Positions 1 through 9,701 of a DNA stretch of 64,000 nt are shown here, one piece after another; the first letter of the stretch is position 1; each line of letters starts with the position of its first letter. The stretch is from positions 211,207-275,206 of the forward strand of contig DAOMOX010000002.1 in NCBI GenBank assembly GCA_035444565.1, written 5' to 3'. The notes under the pieces are model-generated. The model worked only from the letters and a program-made list of their open reading frames with translations, searched no databases and was not told the DNA's origin. A program made the position numbers and the translations under genes. This stretch comes from Candidatus Dojkabacteria bacterium (GTDB lineage: Bacteria; Patescibacteriota; Dojkabacteria; B142; OLB20).

Positions 1-1265
1 TCGTAAATTTTTGAAAGACAGTGATCTACAGACTCTGCCGAGACTACAGCTGCATGATAGTTCCCAGTATGTCCTACCATATCAGGACTACTTAAGTTTG
101 CAACGATAAAATCGAATGAATCGTGAATTATTGCGTTGGTAACCTCTTGAGCAATTTTATAGTTTCTCATAGTTGGTTCTAATGCATATTTTGGTTTTAC
201 ATAGCGATTAGATTCAAACATTTTCCATGTTTCTTTCGGTAGCTCAGTCTCTCTTTGTCCATTTAAGAAATATGTTAGATGAGGAAATTTTTCGGTTTCT
301 GTTACATGTAATTGTTTTAGACCATTTTCCGAAATTACTTCAGCTAAAGTTCCACTCACATCATCTCTGGGGAATGCTATATTCAGTGTGTCAAATTCTT
401 CACTTGCTTTAACAAATGAAGTAATTTCAAAATTTCGGATATCTTCTTGAAGAATTCTTTTGATAATTTGATACTGCCTGTCAGTCCGAAAGTGAGTCAT
501 AATCAACCCGTCATTCTCAGACAACAAATACTTTTTATCTAGTACGTATTGTTCGAAATACTCATCAGTTTGGTTTCGGTTGTATTCCAAATTAATAACT
601 GACTCCCAATTCTCAATTTCATTACCTTTTCCTTTATAAATCAATTGGAATGCTTTGTCAGTTTTATCCCAATCTCTATCTCTGTCTAAAAATACTCTGC
701 CTTGTAAGGTACTTATAGTAATTTTTAATTTCTTCCTTTTCGCTATCTCCTTTTCTAACATCGTCATGTATTTACTTATCGATTTTGGAGCTACGTCTCT
801 ACCATCTGAAAAAATGTGCAAACTAATTGGATAATCAAAACTAAGTTTTTCCAACATTTCTAATATCGCAAAGAGATGACGAATATGGCTGTGAACTCCA
901 CCATCACTTAAAATTCCCATCAAATGCAGAGTTGATTTGTTTTTTACGACGTAGTTAATCGTTTGTAATAATTCAGTGTTTGTGAAAAATTCTCCAGTTT
1001 CGATGTCTTTATCAATCTTTGGAAGTTCTTGCCAAATTACGCGACCAGAGCCAATCGTAAGATGATTAATCTCTGATGTACCAAATTGTCCTTCAGAAAG
1101 TCCAACAGATTCACCGTCAGTTTTAAGTGAAGTGTTGGGATATTCTCTAATCAATTTGTCGAAATTTGGAGTTTTTGCGTTATCGATTGCATTGAACTTG
1201 TCAGGAGGAGCAATTCCCCATCCATCCATAATTACCAATACAACTTTTTTTCTCTTCTTAGTCAT
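1..1265 (-). CDS. gpmI: 2,3-bisphosphoglycerate-independent phosphoglycerate mutase, N-terminal about 421 aa (runs off window start)
   Basis: Reverse-strand ATG at 1263-1265 gives MTKKRKKVVLVIMDGWGIAPPDKFNAIDNAKTPNFD, the iPGM N-terminus. A GHTGNYHAAVVSAE motif lies in frame near the window start. The gene is not in the ORF track because it runs off the edge. Confidence 0.85.
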   Translation of the reverse strand, partial: MTKKRKKVVLVIMDGWGIAPPDKFNAIDNAKTPNFDKLIREYPNTSLKTDGESVGLSEGQFGTSEINHLTIGSGRVIWQELPKIDKDIETGEFFTNTELLQTINYVVKNKSTLHLMGILSDGGVHSHIRHLFAILEMLEKLSFDYPISLHIFSDGRDVAPKSISKYMTMLEKEIAKRKKLKITISTLQGRVFLDRDRDWDKTDKAFQLIYKGKGNEIENWESVINLEYNRNQTDEYFEQYVLDKKYLLSENDGLIMTHFRTDRQYQIIKRILQEDIRNFEITSFVKASEEFDTLNIAFPRDDVSGTLAEVISENGLKQLHVTETEKFPHLTYFLNGQRETELPKETWKMFESNRYVKPKYALEPTMRNYKIAQEVTNAIIHDSFDFIVANLSSPDMVGHTGNYHAAVVSAESVDHCLSKIY

Positions 1266-1266
1266 T

Positions 1267-2532
1267 TTATTTCTTTGATAAATTCCTCTCAATTTCCATC
1301 AATCTATTGTATTTCGAAACTCTCTCACCTCGAGTAGGTCCGACTTTTATAAATTGACTTCCTACAGCGACTGCTAAATCAACCATAGCCGAATCATTGG
1401 TCTCACCACCACCTCGATGTGATGTAGTGGTCATCAGTCCATGTTTATTGGCTAACATACAAGTATCTACAGTTTCGGTTAGAGATCCTGCCTGGTTCAA
1501 CTTGATAAGAATTGCTGAAATTGCCTTCATGTCGATTGCTTTCTGAAGTCTTTCAAGGTTTGTAACGGTAAGGTCGTCGCCAATATGTACAATATTATGT
1601 TTATCCGTTATTGGTAACATCTTCACCCAGTTCTCCCAATCATCTTCATGTAACATATCTTCATAAGTGACGATTGGATATTTTTCTAGCCAGCTTTCAT
1701 AATAAGCAATCAGCTCATCTGCTGTTAAGGTACGATTTTCTACTTTTAGATGATATTTTCCGTCCTCGTAAAACTCGCTTGCTGCGGCATCAATTGAAAT
1801 ACCAACATCTTTACCAGCTTCGTATCCTGCTTTTTCAATTGCTTGTGTAATGTATTTGAATGGTGCCTCATTATCTGGAATTCCATTTGGAGCGAATGCT
1901 CCTTCATTCCCAACATTTGTAGAAAGTTTGTTTTCTTTAAGTACCTTTTTTAATTGATGGTAAATTTCAATAACAATACGTACTTTTTCAGCAGCACTTT
2001 GATTTCCGATTGCAGAAACACAGAATTCTTGTAAATCAGTTGTATCATCTGCATGCTTTCCCCCTTCAATCATCACTATCATAGGTGCGGGAAGTTTAGA
2101 AAGATCCACACCTGTTTTGTATTTATCAATAATGTATTGATAAAGTTCTTTACCCTCTAAACTTGCTGTTGCTCTAGCGACTGCCAACGAAACTGCAAGA
2201 ATTGTATTTCCACCGAGATTGGCTTTGTTTGGTGTCCCATCAAGCTCAATCATCTTCTCGTCTATTAGTCTCTGGTCCCCGGATTCCATCCCAATTAACA
2301 TTGGAGCAATCTTCTCATGAACATTTGAAATAGCATTTAAAACACCTTTTCCATCATAACGTTTTTTATCCTCGTCATTCAAAACAACTGCTTCGTGTGA
2401 GCCTGCTGAAGCCCCATAGGGTACGGAAGCGGCACCTTTATGACCTGAATCAAGAGTCACTTCGACTTCGAGAGTGGGATAACCACCTGATGCGAGGATT
2501 TCATACGCGTCTATCTGGGAAATTTTTGCCAT
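1267..2532 (-). CDS. eno: enolase
   Basis: 421-aa ORF with enolase N-terminal signature (ASVPYGASAGSHEAVVL...KKRYDGKGVLNAI) and full length. It lies 1 nt upstream of gpmI. Confidence 0.95.
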   Translation of the reverse strand: MAKISQIDAYEILASGGYPTLEVEVTLDSGHKGAASVPYGASAGSHEAVVLNDEDKKRYDGKGVLNAISNVHEKIAPMLIGMESGDQRLIDEKMIELDGTPNKANLGGNTILAVSLAVARATASLEGKELYQYIIDKYKTGVDLSKLPAPMIVMIEGGKHADDTTDLQEFCVSAIGNQSAAEKVRIVIEIYHQLKKVLKENKLSTNVGNEGAFAPNGIPDNEAPFKYITQAIEKAGYEAGKDVGISIDAAASEFYEDGKYHLKVENRTLTADELIAYYESWLEKYPIVTYEDMLHEDDWENWVKMLPITDKHNIVHIGDDLTVTNLERLQKAIDMKAISAILIKLNQAGSLTETVDTCMLANKHGLMTTTSHRGGGETNDSAMVDLAVAVGSQFIKVGPTRGERVSKYNRLMEIERNLSKK

Positions 2533-2680
2533 TTATATAACTATAAAATATAAAACCGTTGAATATTATATGCTTAATTAATTAGTAAAGTAAAACTGCG
2601 TACAAAGCTCGATAATTTAATATTTAATTATTTTTTTTGGATAATTCTATGTTAATATTATTCATATTATTCTTATACCA

Positions 2681-3622
2681 ATGTTTACCGCTCTATTTAC
2701 CAGTTTCTTCGTAGTTGTTCCAGTTGTACTTTTCTTTCTGCTTATACTTTCAGTATTTACAGTTGAGCAGCAAACTGTCGCAATAGTCGAACGTTTTGGT
2801 AAATTTGTGCGTATGGCAAAACCTGGATTAAATGTTAGAATCCCTTTTATTGACAGAGTTGCAGGTCGAGTGACATTGAGAATTCAACAATTAGACGTAA
2901 AAGCTGAAACAAAAACAAAAGACAATGTTTTTGTTACAGTCATTGTCTCAGTTCAGTATTACATTTTGCCTGAAAAAGTCTACGAAGCTTTTTATAAATT
3001 GAATAATCCAGCATTACAAATAAACTCTTATGTCTTTGATACTATCAGGGCGAGAGTACCAAAGATAACATTAGACGAGCTGTTTGAAAGAAAAGAAGAA
3101 ATTGCTCAAGCAGTAAAGGAAGAGTTAAATGAAACCATGGTCAACTTCGGTTTCGAAATTTTAAACTCATTAGTAACTGACATCGAACCTGACATGAAAG
3201 TAAAAGAAGCTATGAATGAAATCAATGCAGCGCAAAGATTGAGAGTAGCCGCAAGCGAGAAAGGAGAAGCAGAGAAAATCATCAAAGTTAAAGCTGCGGA
3301 AGCGGACGCTGAATCAAAAGCATTACAAGGTAAAGGTATCGCTGATCAAAGACGCGCAATCATTGAAGGTCTTAAGGAATCTGTAGATAACTTCCAGAAA
3401 AGTATTCCTGATTCAAGTGCTCAAGATGTTATGAATCTCGTACTAATGACTCAATATTTCGACACTTTGAAGGAAATCGGAGCGGATTCAAAAACTAATA
3501 CATTGCTTATCCCTCATGGTCCTGGTGCTATGCATAATCTCTCAGACCAGCTCAGAGAGGCGATGATTACATCAAACGTTGTGAACAACAGTTCTAAACA
3601 TCCGAATGGGTATCCTTCATAA
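2681..3622 (+). CDS. SPFH/band-7 (stomatin/prohibitin-like) membrane protein
   Basis: N-terminal TM helix, then an SPFH core (VAIVERFGKFVRMAKPGLNVRIPFIDRV...) and a C-terminal coiled-coil (AEKIIKVKAAEADAESKALQ). Confidence 0.85.
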   Translation: MFTALFTSFFVVVPVVLFFLLILSVFTVEQQTVAIVERFGKFVRMAKPGLNVRIPFIDRVAGRVTLRIQQLDVKAETKTKDNVFVTVIVSVQYYILPEKVYEAFYKLNNPALQINSYVFDTIRARVPKITLDELFERKEEIAQAVKEELNETMVNFGFEILNSLVTDIEPDMKVKEAMNEINAAQRLRVAASEKGEAEKIIKVKAAEADAESKALQGKGIADQRRAIIEGLKESVDNFQKSIPDSSAQDVMNLVLMTQYFDTLKEIGADSKTNTLLIPHGPGAMHNLSDQLREAMITSNVVNNSSKHPNGYPS

Positions 3623-4019
3623 ATTTGAATGATTTAGAGACCATTCCTCGGAGTACGGACATTTCAATTTCCGATAGTCTTTTTACATAAAGACAACCAA
3701 CACTGACTTTGTGTTTACCCAATTTCTCAAGGTCAGTTTTATGTTTATCAAAACCATCCATGAAATACAGCGTGAGTTGTTGTTTGCGGGGAGAAAATCC
3801 GATGAGGGGCCAGTCACCTTCCTGTTTACTTCTTTCTGATTTGTAGTGATAAGTTCCGAACCCTATTATGCTATCCCCCCACATTACTGCTTTTTCACCA
3901 GTAACATCTTCGTATAATTTCAGCAAAACCAAACTATCTTCTCGCTTTTCATCACTCTCCACAGTGTTAATAAAATCCATCACACTAGAATCATTTTTTT
4001 TAGTCTTTAATTCTGCCAT
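3594..4019 (-). CDS. DUF1801/YdhG-like domain protein
   Basis: 141 aa containing GDSIIGFGTYHYKSERSKQEGDWPLIGFSPRKQQLTLY, typical of DUF1801. Its 3' end overlaps the slipin gene convergently by 29 bp. Confidence 0.55.
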   Translation of the reverse strand: MAELKTKKNDSSVMDFINTVESDEKREDSLVLLKLYEDVTGEKAVMWGDSIIGFGTYHYKSERSKQEGDWPLIGFSPRKQQLTLYFMDGFDKHKTDLEKLGKHKVSVGCLYVKRLSEIEMSVLRGMVSKSFKFMKDTHSDV

Positions 4020-4686
4020 TTTTATTTGTTAATAATTTATTTCTAAAAGCTTCAATGAAAAATACAGTACCTATCATTTCAAGTCCTTCTTCAATTCCAA
4101 CAAAAAGTACATAAATTGTGGAACCGTAAGTCTGTCCGCCTATGACTTCCACTCCAATTACAGTAATATAGGTAATAATTCCTAAAAGTTGTAATAATTT
4201 AACACTTTTATCTCTTTCCTTTATTACTTCCCTGATAATAAACAGCGAAATTAAAAGAAATATTATTCCCAGTGTAAAGACCCATGATAAAGAAGCGAGT
4301 TCGTTCAGTAAATTATTTCCAGAAAAGTTCTTTTTAAATAAATCATTCAAATATTCGTGTATTGAGAAATATTCATCAATTGCTAAACCCCAGAATATTA
4401 ATATCCACAAGAAATCGTGTAACTTTTTGCTTTTTAAGAAATATTCAAGAGCAAGAATTCCACAGTAAAACGCAAAACTTACTGTCAAAATACTCGCAAG
4501 AGTGAGTTCTTCATCCATATAGAACATGCTAGTACTCATATTTAGGACCTTTAACGGATGCAGTAAAAAGTGGAACAAGACAGTTAAAAATGAGGCAAGG
4601 AAGAATACTCTTGAAACAGTGCTAAATTTTATTTCTTTCAATGTCTTCACCTGGTAATCGTAATTAACAATTAATAATTTTATCAT
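4000..4686 (-). CDS. polytopic membrane protein, unknown function
   Basis: 228 aa with about 6 hydrophobic helices and no recognisable motif. Confidence 0.5.
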   Translation of the reverse strand: MIKLLIVNYDYQVKTLKEIKFSTVSRVFFLASFLTVLFHFLLHPLKVLNMSTSMFYMDEELTLASILTVSFAFYCGILALEYFLKSKKLHDFLWILIFWGLAIDEYFSIHEYLNDLFKKNFSGNNLLNELASLSWVFTLGIIFLLISLFIIREVIKERDKSVKLLQLLGIITYITVIGVEVIGGQTYGSTIYVLFVGIEEGLEMIGTVFFIEAFRNKLLTNKNGRIKD

Positions 4687-4792
4687 TTATAGAAATAAAA
4701 GCCGATAGAAAGATGTTTACTAGCAGATTAACCCAACTTTGTGTTACGGAATTTTATCTGTTATAAGTATTTAGTTAATTAAAAATTTATTA

Positions 4793-5092
4793 ATGGATGA
4801 TTTTCAAAAATTATTTGAGATAAATAAATACCTAAGCAATAAATTCGGCAACGATGATCCCTTCCAAATTGTCACTAGACTTGCAGAAGAGACTGGGGAA
4901 ATCGCTGAACAGATTAATCACTTTGAAGGAATTGGAATAAAAAAAGATAAACATGGTGAACCGGATAAATACGACTTAGCAAGCGAAGTGAGAGATGTGA
5001 TTATTGTTGCTCTACAAGTCGCAATGCGTTATGGAGTTGAGGATGAGTTAAAGAAATCGATTAACGACTTCTACAAAAAGACGATATCTTGA
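4793..5092 (+). CDS. MazG-like nucleotide pyrophosphohydrolase (all-alpha NTP-PPase)
   Basis: 99 aa with an EETGEIAEQ (EExxE) metal-binding motif and the small all-alpha fold size typical of MazG/HisE-like proteins. Confidence 0.7.
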   Translation: MDDFQKLFEINKYLSNKFGNDDPFQIVTRLAEETGEIAEQINHFEGIGIKKDKHGEPDKYDLASEVRDVIIVALQVAMRYGVEDELKKSINDFYKKTIS

Positions 5093-5111
5093 TAAGTTTT
5101 ATTCCTCGAGA

Positions 5112-5840
5112 TTATTCGACTATAAAATCCAAAGTATACTCATAAAGTTTTTCAAGAACACCTTCCTCATAGAAAGTGTGGGTCGCACCTTCGACAATTT
5201 TATAAGGAAATTTTCCTTCAATTTGTTTTAACCATTCGTCTTTGATGTTATATGCACCAGCGAAAATGAAATAACTATTTCGTTGGATTTCTTTGAAGTA
5301 ATCACTTATTTTTAATGCAGATTTCCAATCTTCAACCATTTCCTTAGAAATTATTATCACTAACCCCCAATTCAAAATATATTTATCAAGACTTTCATCA
5401 TATTTTGCATTTTTTTCTTCCAAAGAATTCATGCCCTTTGTTGGATCCCAATAGATGAATTTATTAATCCCTTCTAAACCAGCCTTCATAACAACATAAC
5501 ATCCCATACTATGACTTATTATATTTATTTCAGAGTAACTATCCTGAAAATATTCCACTACCTGTCTTAAGTCGTCTACGTGATTCTTAATTGAGACCTC
5601 AGAAATTTGTCTCGCATTTTTCCGGGGGCTGTATAAATCGAAGCGAAATGTATCATAACCTTTATCATTGAAATACTTTGGAGCATTGTTGTAGTGATGT
5701 TCGGTTTGATTTCCTGATAACCCGTGGACGAAAATAAGCAACTTATTTGTTTTCTTAGAGGAGTTGAGATGCCCGTAAACCGTAAATCCGTCTTTGGTTT
5801 TTAGGTGGATTTGTTTTTCCATTATTTCCCAGAAATCCAT
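5112..5840 (-). CDS. alpha/beta-hydrolase (esterase/lipase-like)
   Basis: An HG oxyanion motif (LIFVHGLSGN) and a nucleophile elbow (SHSMG). Confidence 0.75.
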   Translation of the reverse strand: MDFWEIMEKQIHLKTKDGFTVYGHLNSSKKTNKLLIFVHGLSGNQTEHHYNNAPKYFNDKGYDTFRFDLYSPRKNARQISEVSIKNHVDDLRQVVEYFQDSYSEINIISHSMGCYVVMKAGLEGINKFIYWDPTKGMNSLEEKNAKYDESLDKYILNWGLVIIISKEMVEDWKSALKISDYFKEIQRNSYFIFAGAYNIKDEWLKQIEGKFPYKIVEGATHTFYEEGVLEKLYEYTLDFIVE

Positions 5841-6205
5841 TTTAAAGCAACATCGAAGTCATCAAAGTATTTAGTCTCGAAGGTATTCACATCATTAACC
5901 CCTTGATCTGTGTAATTTGATACATCATTAACCACAAAAGCAAATCGCTTAAGTCTTATTTGATTATAAATAGTAACAATGTTTTGATCTCTCCAACTAC
6001 TTATTTCTGGTGTCAATTTAAAGCTAAAATTTCTCATATCAACTAATATCCCTTCAGGTTTATATTCTTCAACATAGGAGCGAAAATCTAAAGCTTCTCT
6101 CTGAAAGTCGTTGTCTTTCATGTTTTTAGTTTCACTTTTCCAAATCAACTGTAGCGTTTTATCTTCTAAGATTACATCTTTGAATTTATTACTAAATTTT
6201 TTCAT
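5822..6205 (-). CDS. hypothetical protein
   Basis: 127-aa ORF that overlaps the downstream hydrolase gene by 19 nt, suggesting translational coupling. No motif recognised. Confidence 0.4.
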   Translation of the reverse strand: MKKFSNKFKDVILEDKTLQLIWKSETKNMKDNDFQREALDFRSYVEEYKPEGILVDMRNFSFKLTPEISSWRDQNIVTIYNQIRLKRFAFVVNDVSNYTDQGVNDVNTFETKYFDDFDVALKWISGK

Positions 6206-6229
6206 AACTGTCTCTCAAAATATAAAATA

Positions 6230-6685
6230 TTATCTATTTAGTTTAACTAATACTCTTTTATCTTCATCACTATCGGGGTCGAGTATATAAAACTTCTCAG
6301 GAATTAATTTACATAAACGGTATTTAAATGGTTCCGTTAAAGTCTCTCTATTCAAATCGATAAAACTCGTTTGATAAGTTTTAAGTCCTTCATCAATTTT
6401 TTCATCTTTCAGTATTTCAACTCTTCCACTCCCTTGAATTCCATTACCTTCACCTTCTCTCTGATGTGAATCAAAAATTGTAAAAGCGACTTTCGGGTTG
6501 ATTAATATGTTTTCAACATGCAAAGTATCAATTTGCGAGATGAAGTAAATATTGAAATGTTTATCTATACAATAATACAATGTACAGACCCAGGGCTCCT
6601 CGCCATTTATTGTAGCTAGTGACAAATAATTATTTGAATTAATTATCTCTTTAAATCGATTTTTAATTTTTTCCGCTTTATTCAA
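6230..6685 (-). CDS. pyridoxamine 5'-phosphate oxidase-like FMN-binding split-barrel protein
   Basis: 151 aa with an N-terminal NYLSLATINGEEPWVCTLYY stretch typical of the PNPOx-like family. Confidence 0.6.
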   Translation of the reverse strand: MNKAEKIKNRFKEIINSNNYLSLATINGEEPWVCTLYYCIDKHFNIYFISQIDTLHVENILINPKVAFTIFDSHQREGEGNGIQGSGRVEILKDEKIDEGLKTYQTSFIDLNRETLTEPFKYRLCKLIPEKFYILDPDSDEDKRVLVKLNR

Positions 6686-6703
6686 AATAAATCAAGAAGT
6701 CAA

Positions 6704-7024
6704 TTACACGAAAATATCATTATCTTTATTAAATTCAGGGCTTGAAATCAAAAAGTATTTCATCTCCCCTTCCATTTCATATTCAGTCATCTTTGGGATA
6801 AAAACTAAGTCCTCACTTTTTACTGAATGTACTTGATCACCCACAGTGAATTTACCCTTCCCTGAGATAATGAAGTAAATTCTATCTTCCATTCTGTTTT
6901 TTATTCTGGGATGTTTGCCGTTTAAAGTTATTAGTGATCCACTAAAGTCCTTATTAATCTTATACTCAGCGATGTGCATATTCTCTCGAACTTTTTTGTT
7001 GGTTTTTTCGGAGTTTATAAACAT
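6704..7024 (-). CDS. cupin domain protein
   Basis: 106-aa small beta-barrel pattern (GKGKFTVGDQVHSVKSEDLVFIPKMTEYEMEGE). Confidence 0.55.
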   Translation of the reverse strand: MFINSEKTNKKVRENMHIAEYKINKDFSGSLITLNGKHPRIKNRMEDRIYFIISGKGKFTVGDQVHSVKSEDLVFIPKMTEYEMEGEMKYFLISSPEFNKDNDIFV

Positions 7025-7173
7025 TTTAGTAATGTGAAAAGCGGTTACTATTTATATATCACAAATTATTTCAAAATGTTACTGATATTTTACAAACTGT
7101 TTAAACAAAAACAATGTACATAGAAGTATAATATATTTCATTAATTAATATTTCCCATTATTAACTAACCAGC

Positions 7174-8007
7174 ATGGCAAGATGGAGCAAAATTTCTAGT
7201 AGAGGCAACGTTGAAGACAGAAGGTCCCTCGGACCTGTTGCTATAGGAGGAATCAGTTTGACCTCAATAGCACTAGTATTTTTCATGAATTATTTAAATG
7301 GTGGTGGTGTTGAAGGCGGGTTAAATGAAGTATTAAACACAGTACTACAGCAACAAACTCAAACACAGCAAGTTTCTGATGATACATCGGAATTTGCAGG
7401 TCAAGATCCATACGAAGAATTTGCTTCAACTGTGTTGGGGTCAAACAACGAGGCTTGGATGAACGAGTTCGAAGAGATAGATGAATTTTATGAAGAACCG
7501 AGACTTGTTCTGTTCCGACAAGCAACACAGTCTGCCTGTGGTGTAGCGACTTCACAAGTAGGGCCTCATTATTGTCCAGCTGATAAGACTATTTATCTGG
7601 ATGAGACTTTCTTTGATGAATTAACAAGTAGATTTGGAGCACAAGGAGGTGATGTTGCACAGGCATATGTGATTTCTCATGAGATTGGACACCATGTTCA
7701 AAATTTATTAGGTGATTTAGGCAAACTTTCTCGGGGAGATAACGAAACCTCTGTCGCGGTTGAACTTCAGGCGGATTGTTACGCTGGTGTTTGGGCAAAT
7801 TCATTGATTGATGATGATGTTTTCGAACCAGGAGAAATCAGAGAAGCAATGGACGCCGCTGCTGCAGTCGGAGACGATAGGATTCAGGAGAAAATACAGG
7901 GTTACTCGAATCCAGAAACATTCACTCATGGTTCCTCCGAGGAACGCGAAGCGTGGTTCACAAAGGGTTACGATACAGGAGATGCCGAGGTTTGTGATAC
8001 GATTTAA
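7174..8007 (+). CDS. ypfJ: YpfJ-family neutral zinc metallopeptidase
   Basis: 277 aa with an N-terminal TM helix, an HEIGHHVQ (HExxH) motif and a conserved ELQADCYAGVW segment. Its local GC content looks higher than the flanking genes. Confidence 0.8.
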   Translation: MARWSKISSRGNVEDRRSLGPVAIGGISLTSIALVFFMNYLNGGGVEGGLNEVLNTVLQQQTQTQQVSDDTSEFAGQDPYEEFASTVLGSNNEAWMNEFEEIDEFYEEPRLVLFRQATQSACGVATSQVGPHYCPADKTIYLDETFFDELTSRFGAQGGDVAQAYVISHEIGHHVQNLLGDLGKLSRGDNETSVAVELQADCYAGVWANSLIDDDVFEPGEIREAMDAAAAVGDDRIQEKIQGYSNPETFTHGSSEEREAWFTKGYDTGDAEVCDTI

Positions 8008-8942
8008 GTGACGGAAACTTCTTCATCAAAATAGGCCTTAAGCAATGGAGTAATTTCCTTACGCATGATAATCCCATCTCTTTCGGCGATTTCTGTTTCA
8101 AATTTAATATTCAATATCTTTTCTAAAACGTTCCCGGTCAATTCATCAATAGCCAGGAAATAGTTTCTTCCAATCTCAATATCGATACATGTTAAAAATA
8201 CGTAATCTAAATCTCTAGCTATCTTCAAGTTGTTCAGAATATTTGTAATTTCTACGAGATTCTCTTCAACGAACTGTTTAGCATTTATAATCTCAAGCTG
8301 TGCAATTCCAACTTTGATGCCTTCAAATTCTGGGGTGGAAAAGTCTCCTTCAATTATTTCTGAGAGTGGTTGTGTGAATTTTGATTTGAATTTGAACATT
8401 TCATGAATATAGTTATCTGGCTGTTCGAATTGACTTAATAACCATTCTGCCATTTTATGATCTCTTTCAGTCGTGACGTTCGCTTTGAAATTGATAGTAT
8501 TTGATACAATCGCACTATATAACAATACTGCTGATTCTTTGGATATTGAAGTTCTAGATTCATAAAACTTCTCTGCGATAAGTGTCGCAGCAGAGCCAAC
8601 TAATTCAATTTGCACTTTCGCATTTGAGAAATTATCAGCCTCATTTACCTTTCTATGATCGATTATTTCTATTACCTTTTCTGGATTAATTTTATCGGAC
8701 AATCCCCTGATATCACTTGCGTCAACGATTATTATTGAATCGATTTCCTGATTGAGTTTATTAGCATCATTTATTGGCTCGATACTGAATTTATCAAACA
8801 CATATTGCGCTTCTCTATGTGGTTTTCCAAAAACTCCCGCAACTACATTTCTCCCATTCTTGTTTAAGAATTCTGCGTATGCATAAGCACAAGCTGTGCC
8901 ATCTAAATCTGGATTTTCGTAAGCGGTGATGAGAGTTTTCAT
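8004..8942 (-). CDS. DHH/DHHA2 phosphoesterase, family-II inorganic pyrophosphatase (PpaC)-like
   Basis: 312 aa that is colinear with PpaC as I remember it (ENPDLDGTACAYAYAEF; IIVDASD; EIIDHRKV; SAIVSNTINFKANVTTERD). The canonical DHN and DHH motifs read DAS and DHR. Confidence 0.65.
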   Translation of the reverse strand: MKTLITAYENPDLDGTACAYAYAEFLNKNGRNVVAGVFGKPHREAQYVFDKFSIEPINDANKLNQEIDSIIIVDASDIRGLSDKINPEKVIEIIDHRKVNEADNFSNAKVQIELVGSAATLIAEKFYESRTSISKESAVLLYSAIVSNTINFKANVTTERDHKMAEWLLSQFEQPDNYIHEMFKFKSKFTQPLSEIIEGDFSTPEFEGIKVGIAQLEIINAKQFVEENLVEITNILNNLKIARDLDYVFLTCIDIEIGRNYFLAIDELTGNVLEKILNIKFETEIAERDGIIMRKEITPLLKAYFDEEVSVT

Positions 8943-8966
8943 AAATTGATAACTATAGATATGTAA

Positions 8967-9284
8967 CTATTTAATCATTATTAACACCATTTTAAATCTC
9001 TCAATCGCTTTTAATGCGTGAGGTTCATCTGCTTTCATCATTATTGTTTCCCCAGCTTTTACTTTGTGTTTCTTACCCGAAATTGTAACTTCAGCTAATC
9101 CGTCAGTTACAATCACCAACGCATCATATGGAGATTTGTGTTCGCTGAGTCCTTGACCGATATCAAATGCAAACAAAGTTACGTTTCCAGATGGTTTTTT
9201 AACAATTTCTCGACTAACTACTGAACCTTCTTGGTAATTTATTAGTTCGTTAAGATTTTTGGCTGTGTCCATTATATTTATCAA
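8967..9284 (-). CDS. cupin-2 domain protein
   Basis: 105-aa cupin barrel (GLSEHKSPYDALVIVTDGLAEVTISGKKHKVKAGETIMM). Confidence 0.65.
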   Translation of the reverse strand: MINIMDTAKNLNELINYQEGSVVSREIVKKPSGNVTLFAFDIGQGLSEHKSPYDALVIVTDGLAEVTISGKKHKVKAGETIMMKADEPHALKAIERFKMVLIMIK

Positions 9285-9325
9285 TAAAATAAGTGGTTAG
9301 ATATTGAACAGTTTTTGAAGTGGCG

Positions 9326-9575
9326 GAGCAACGCCAGGTTGCTCCCGACAACAGTAAAGCTTGACTATACCTCGTTTGACTTTACTATTCGGAGCAACGC
9401 CAGGTTGTTCCCGTCAACTGTATGGTTCATCTTCACTTCGTTTGATTCACCAACAGTTACGTAACCAAAACGAAGATTTTGTAAAACAAAATCTATTCTT
9501 TTTGCACTCACGCCAGTGTATTTGCTCGCAAACTCGCTTTTGAATGCGGAGCAACACCAGGTTGCTCCCGATAGT
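9326..9575. repeat. three copies of a palindromic GC-rich hairpin unit (GGAGCAAC-NCCAG-GTTGCTCC), two of them inside an approximately 70-bp repeated tRNA-trailer-like unit
   Basis: Copies start near 9326, 9391 and 9548. Each is an 8-bp perfect inverted repeat with a 5-nt loop. The flanking 40 nt (GGTTCA.CTTCACTT.GTTT.ATTCACCAACA) is also repeated, and the last copy is the immediate 3' trailer of tRNA-Ser. Confidence 0.6.
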
Positions 9576-9616
9576 TGTAAGGTTCAACGTCACTTTGTTC
9601 GTTTCACCAACAACTT

Positions 9617-9701
9617 CGGAGAGAGCGAGATTCGAACTCGCGGTACCTTGCGGTACACAGTCTTTCCAGGACTGCCAATTAAACCACTCTTGCATCTCTC
9701 C
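9617..9701 (-). tRNA. tRNA-Ser (anticodon GGA), class II with long variable arm
   Basis: Reverse complement folds as a cloverleaf: acceptor GGAGAGA/TCTCTCC, 3-bp D-stem, anticodon stem CAGTC/GACTG with loop CTGGAAA, variable stem-loop GTACC-GCAA-GGTAC, T-arm GCGAG-TTCGAAT-CTCGC and discriminator G. Confidence 0.9.

Noticed and set aside
227-412. The plus-strand 61-aa ORF near the window start.
   Set aside because: It lies antisense within the gpmI coding region.
7283-8011. The small antisense or out-of-frame ORFs inside ypfJ (7283-7555, 7589-7804, 7808-8011).
   Set aside because: They are fully contained within a strongly supported metallopeptidase gene on the opposite strand or in another frame.
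9326-9575. A CRISPR array was considered for the repeated GGAGCAACGCCAGGTTGCTCC elements.
   Set aside because: There are only three copies with irregular spacing (65 and 157 nt). The repeats are perfect palindromes embedded in longer duplicated tRNA-trailer units, and no cas genes are nearby.
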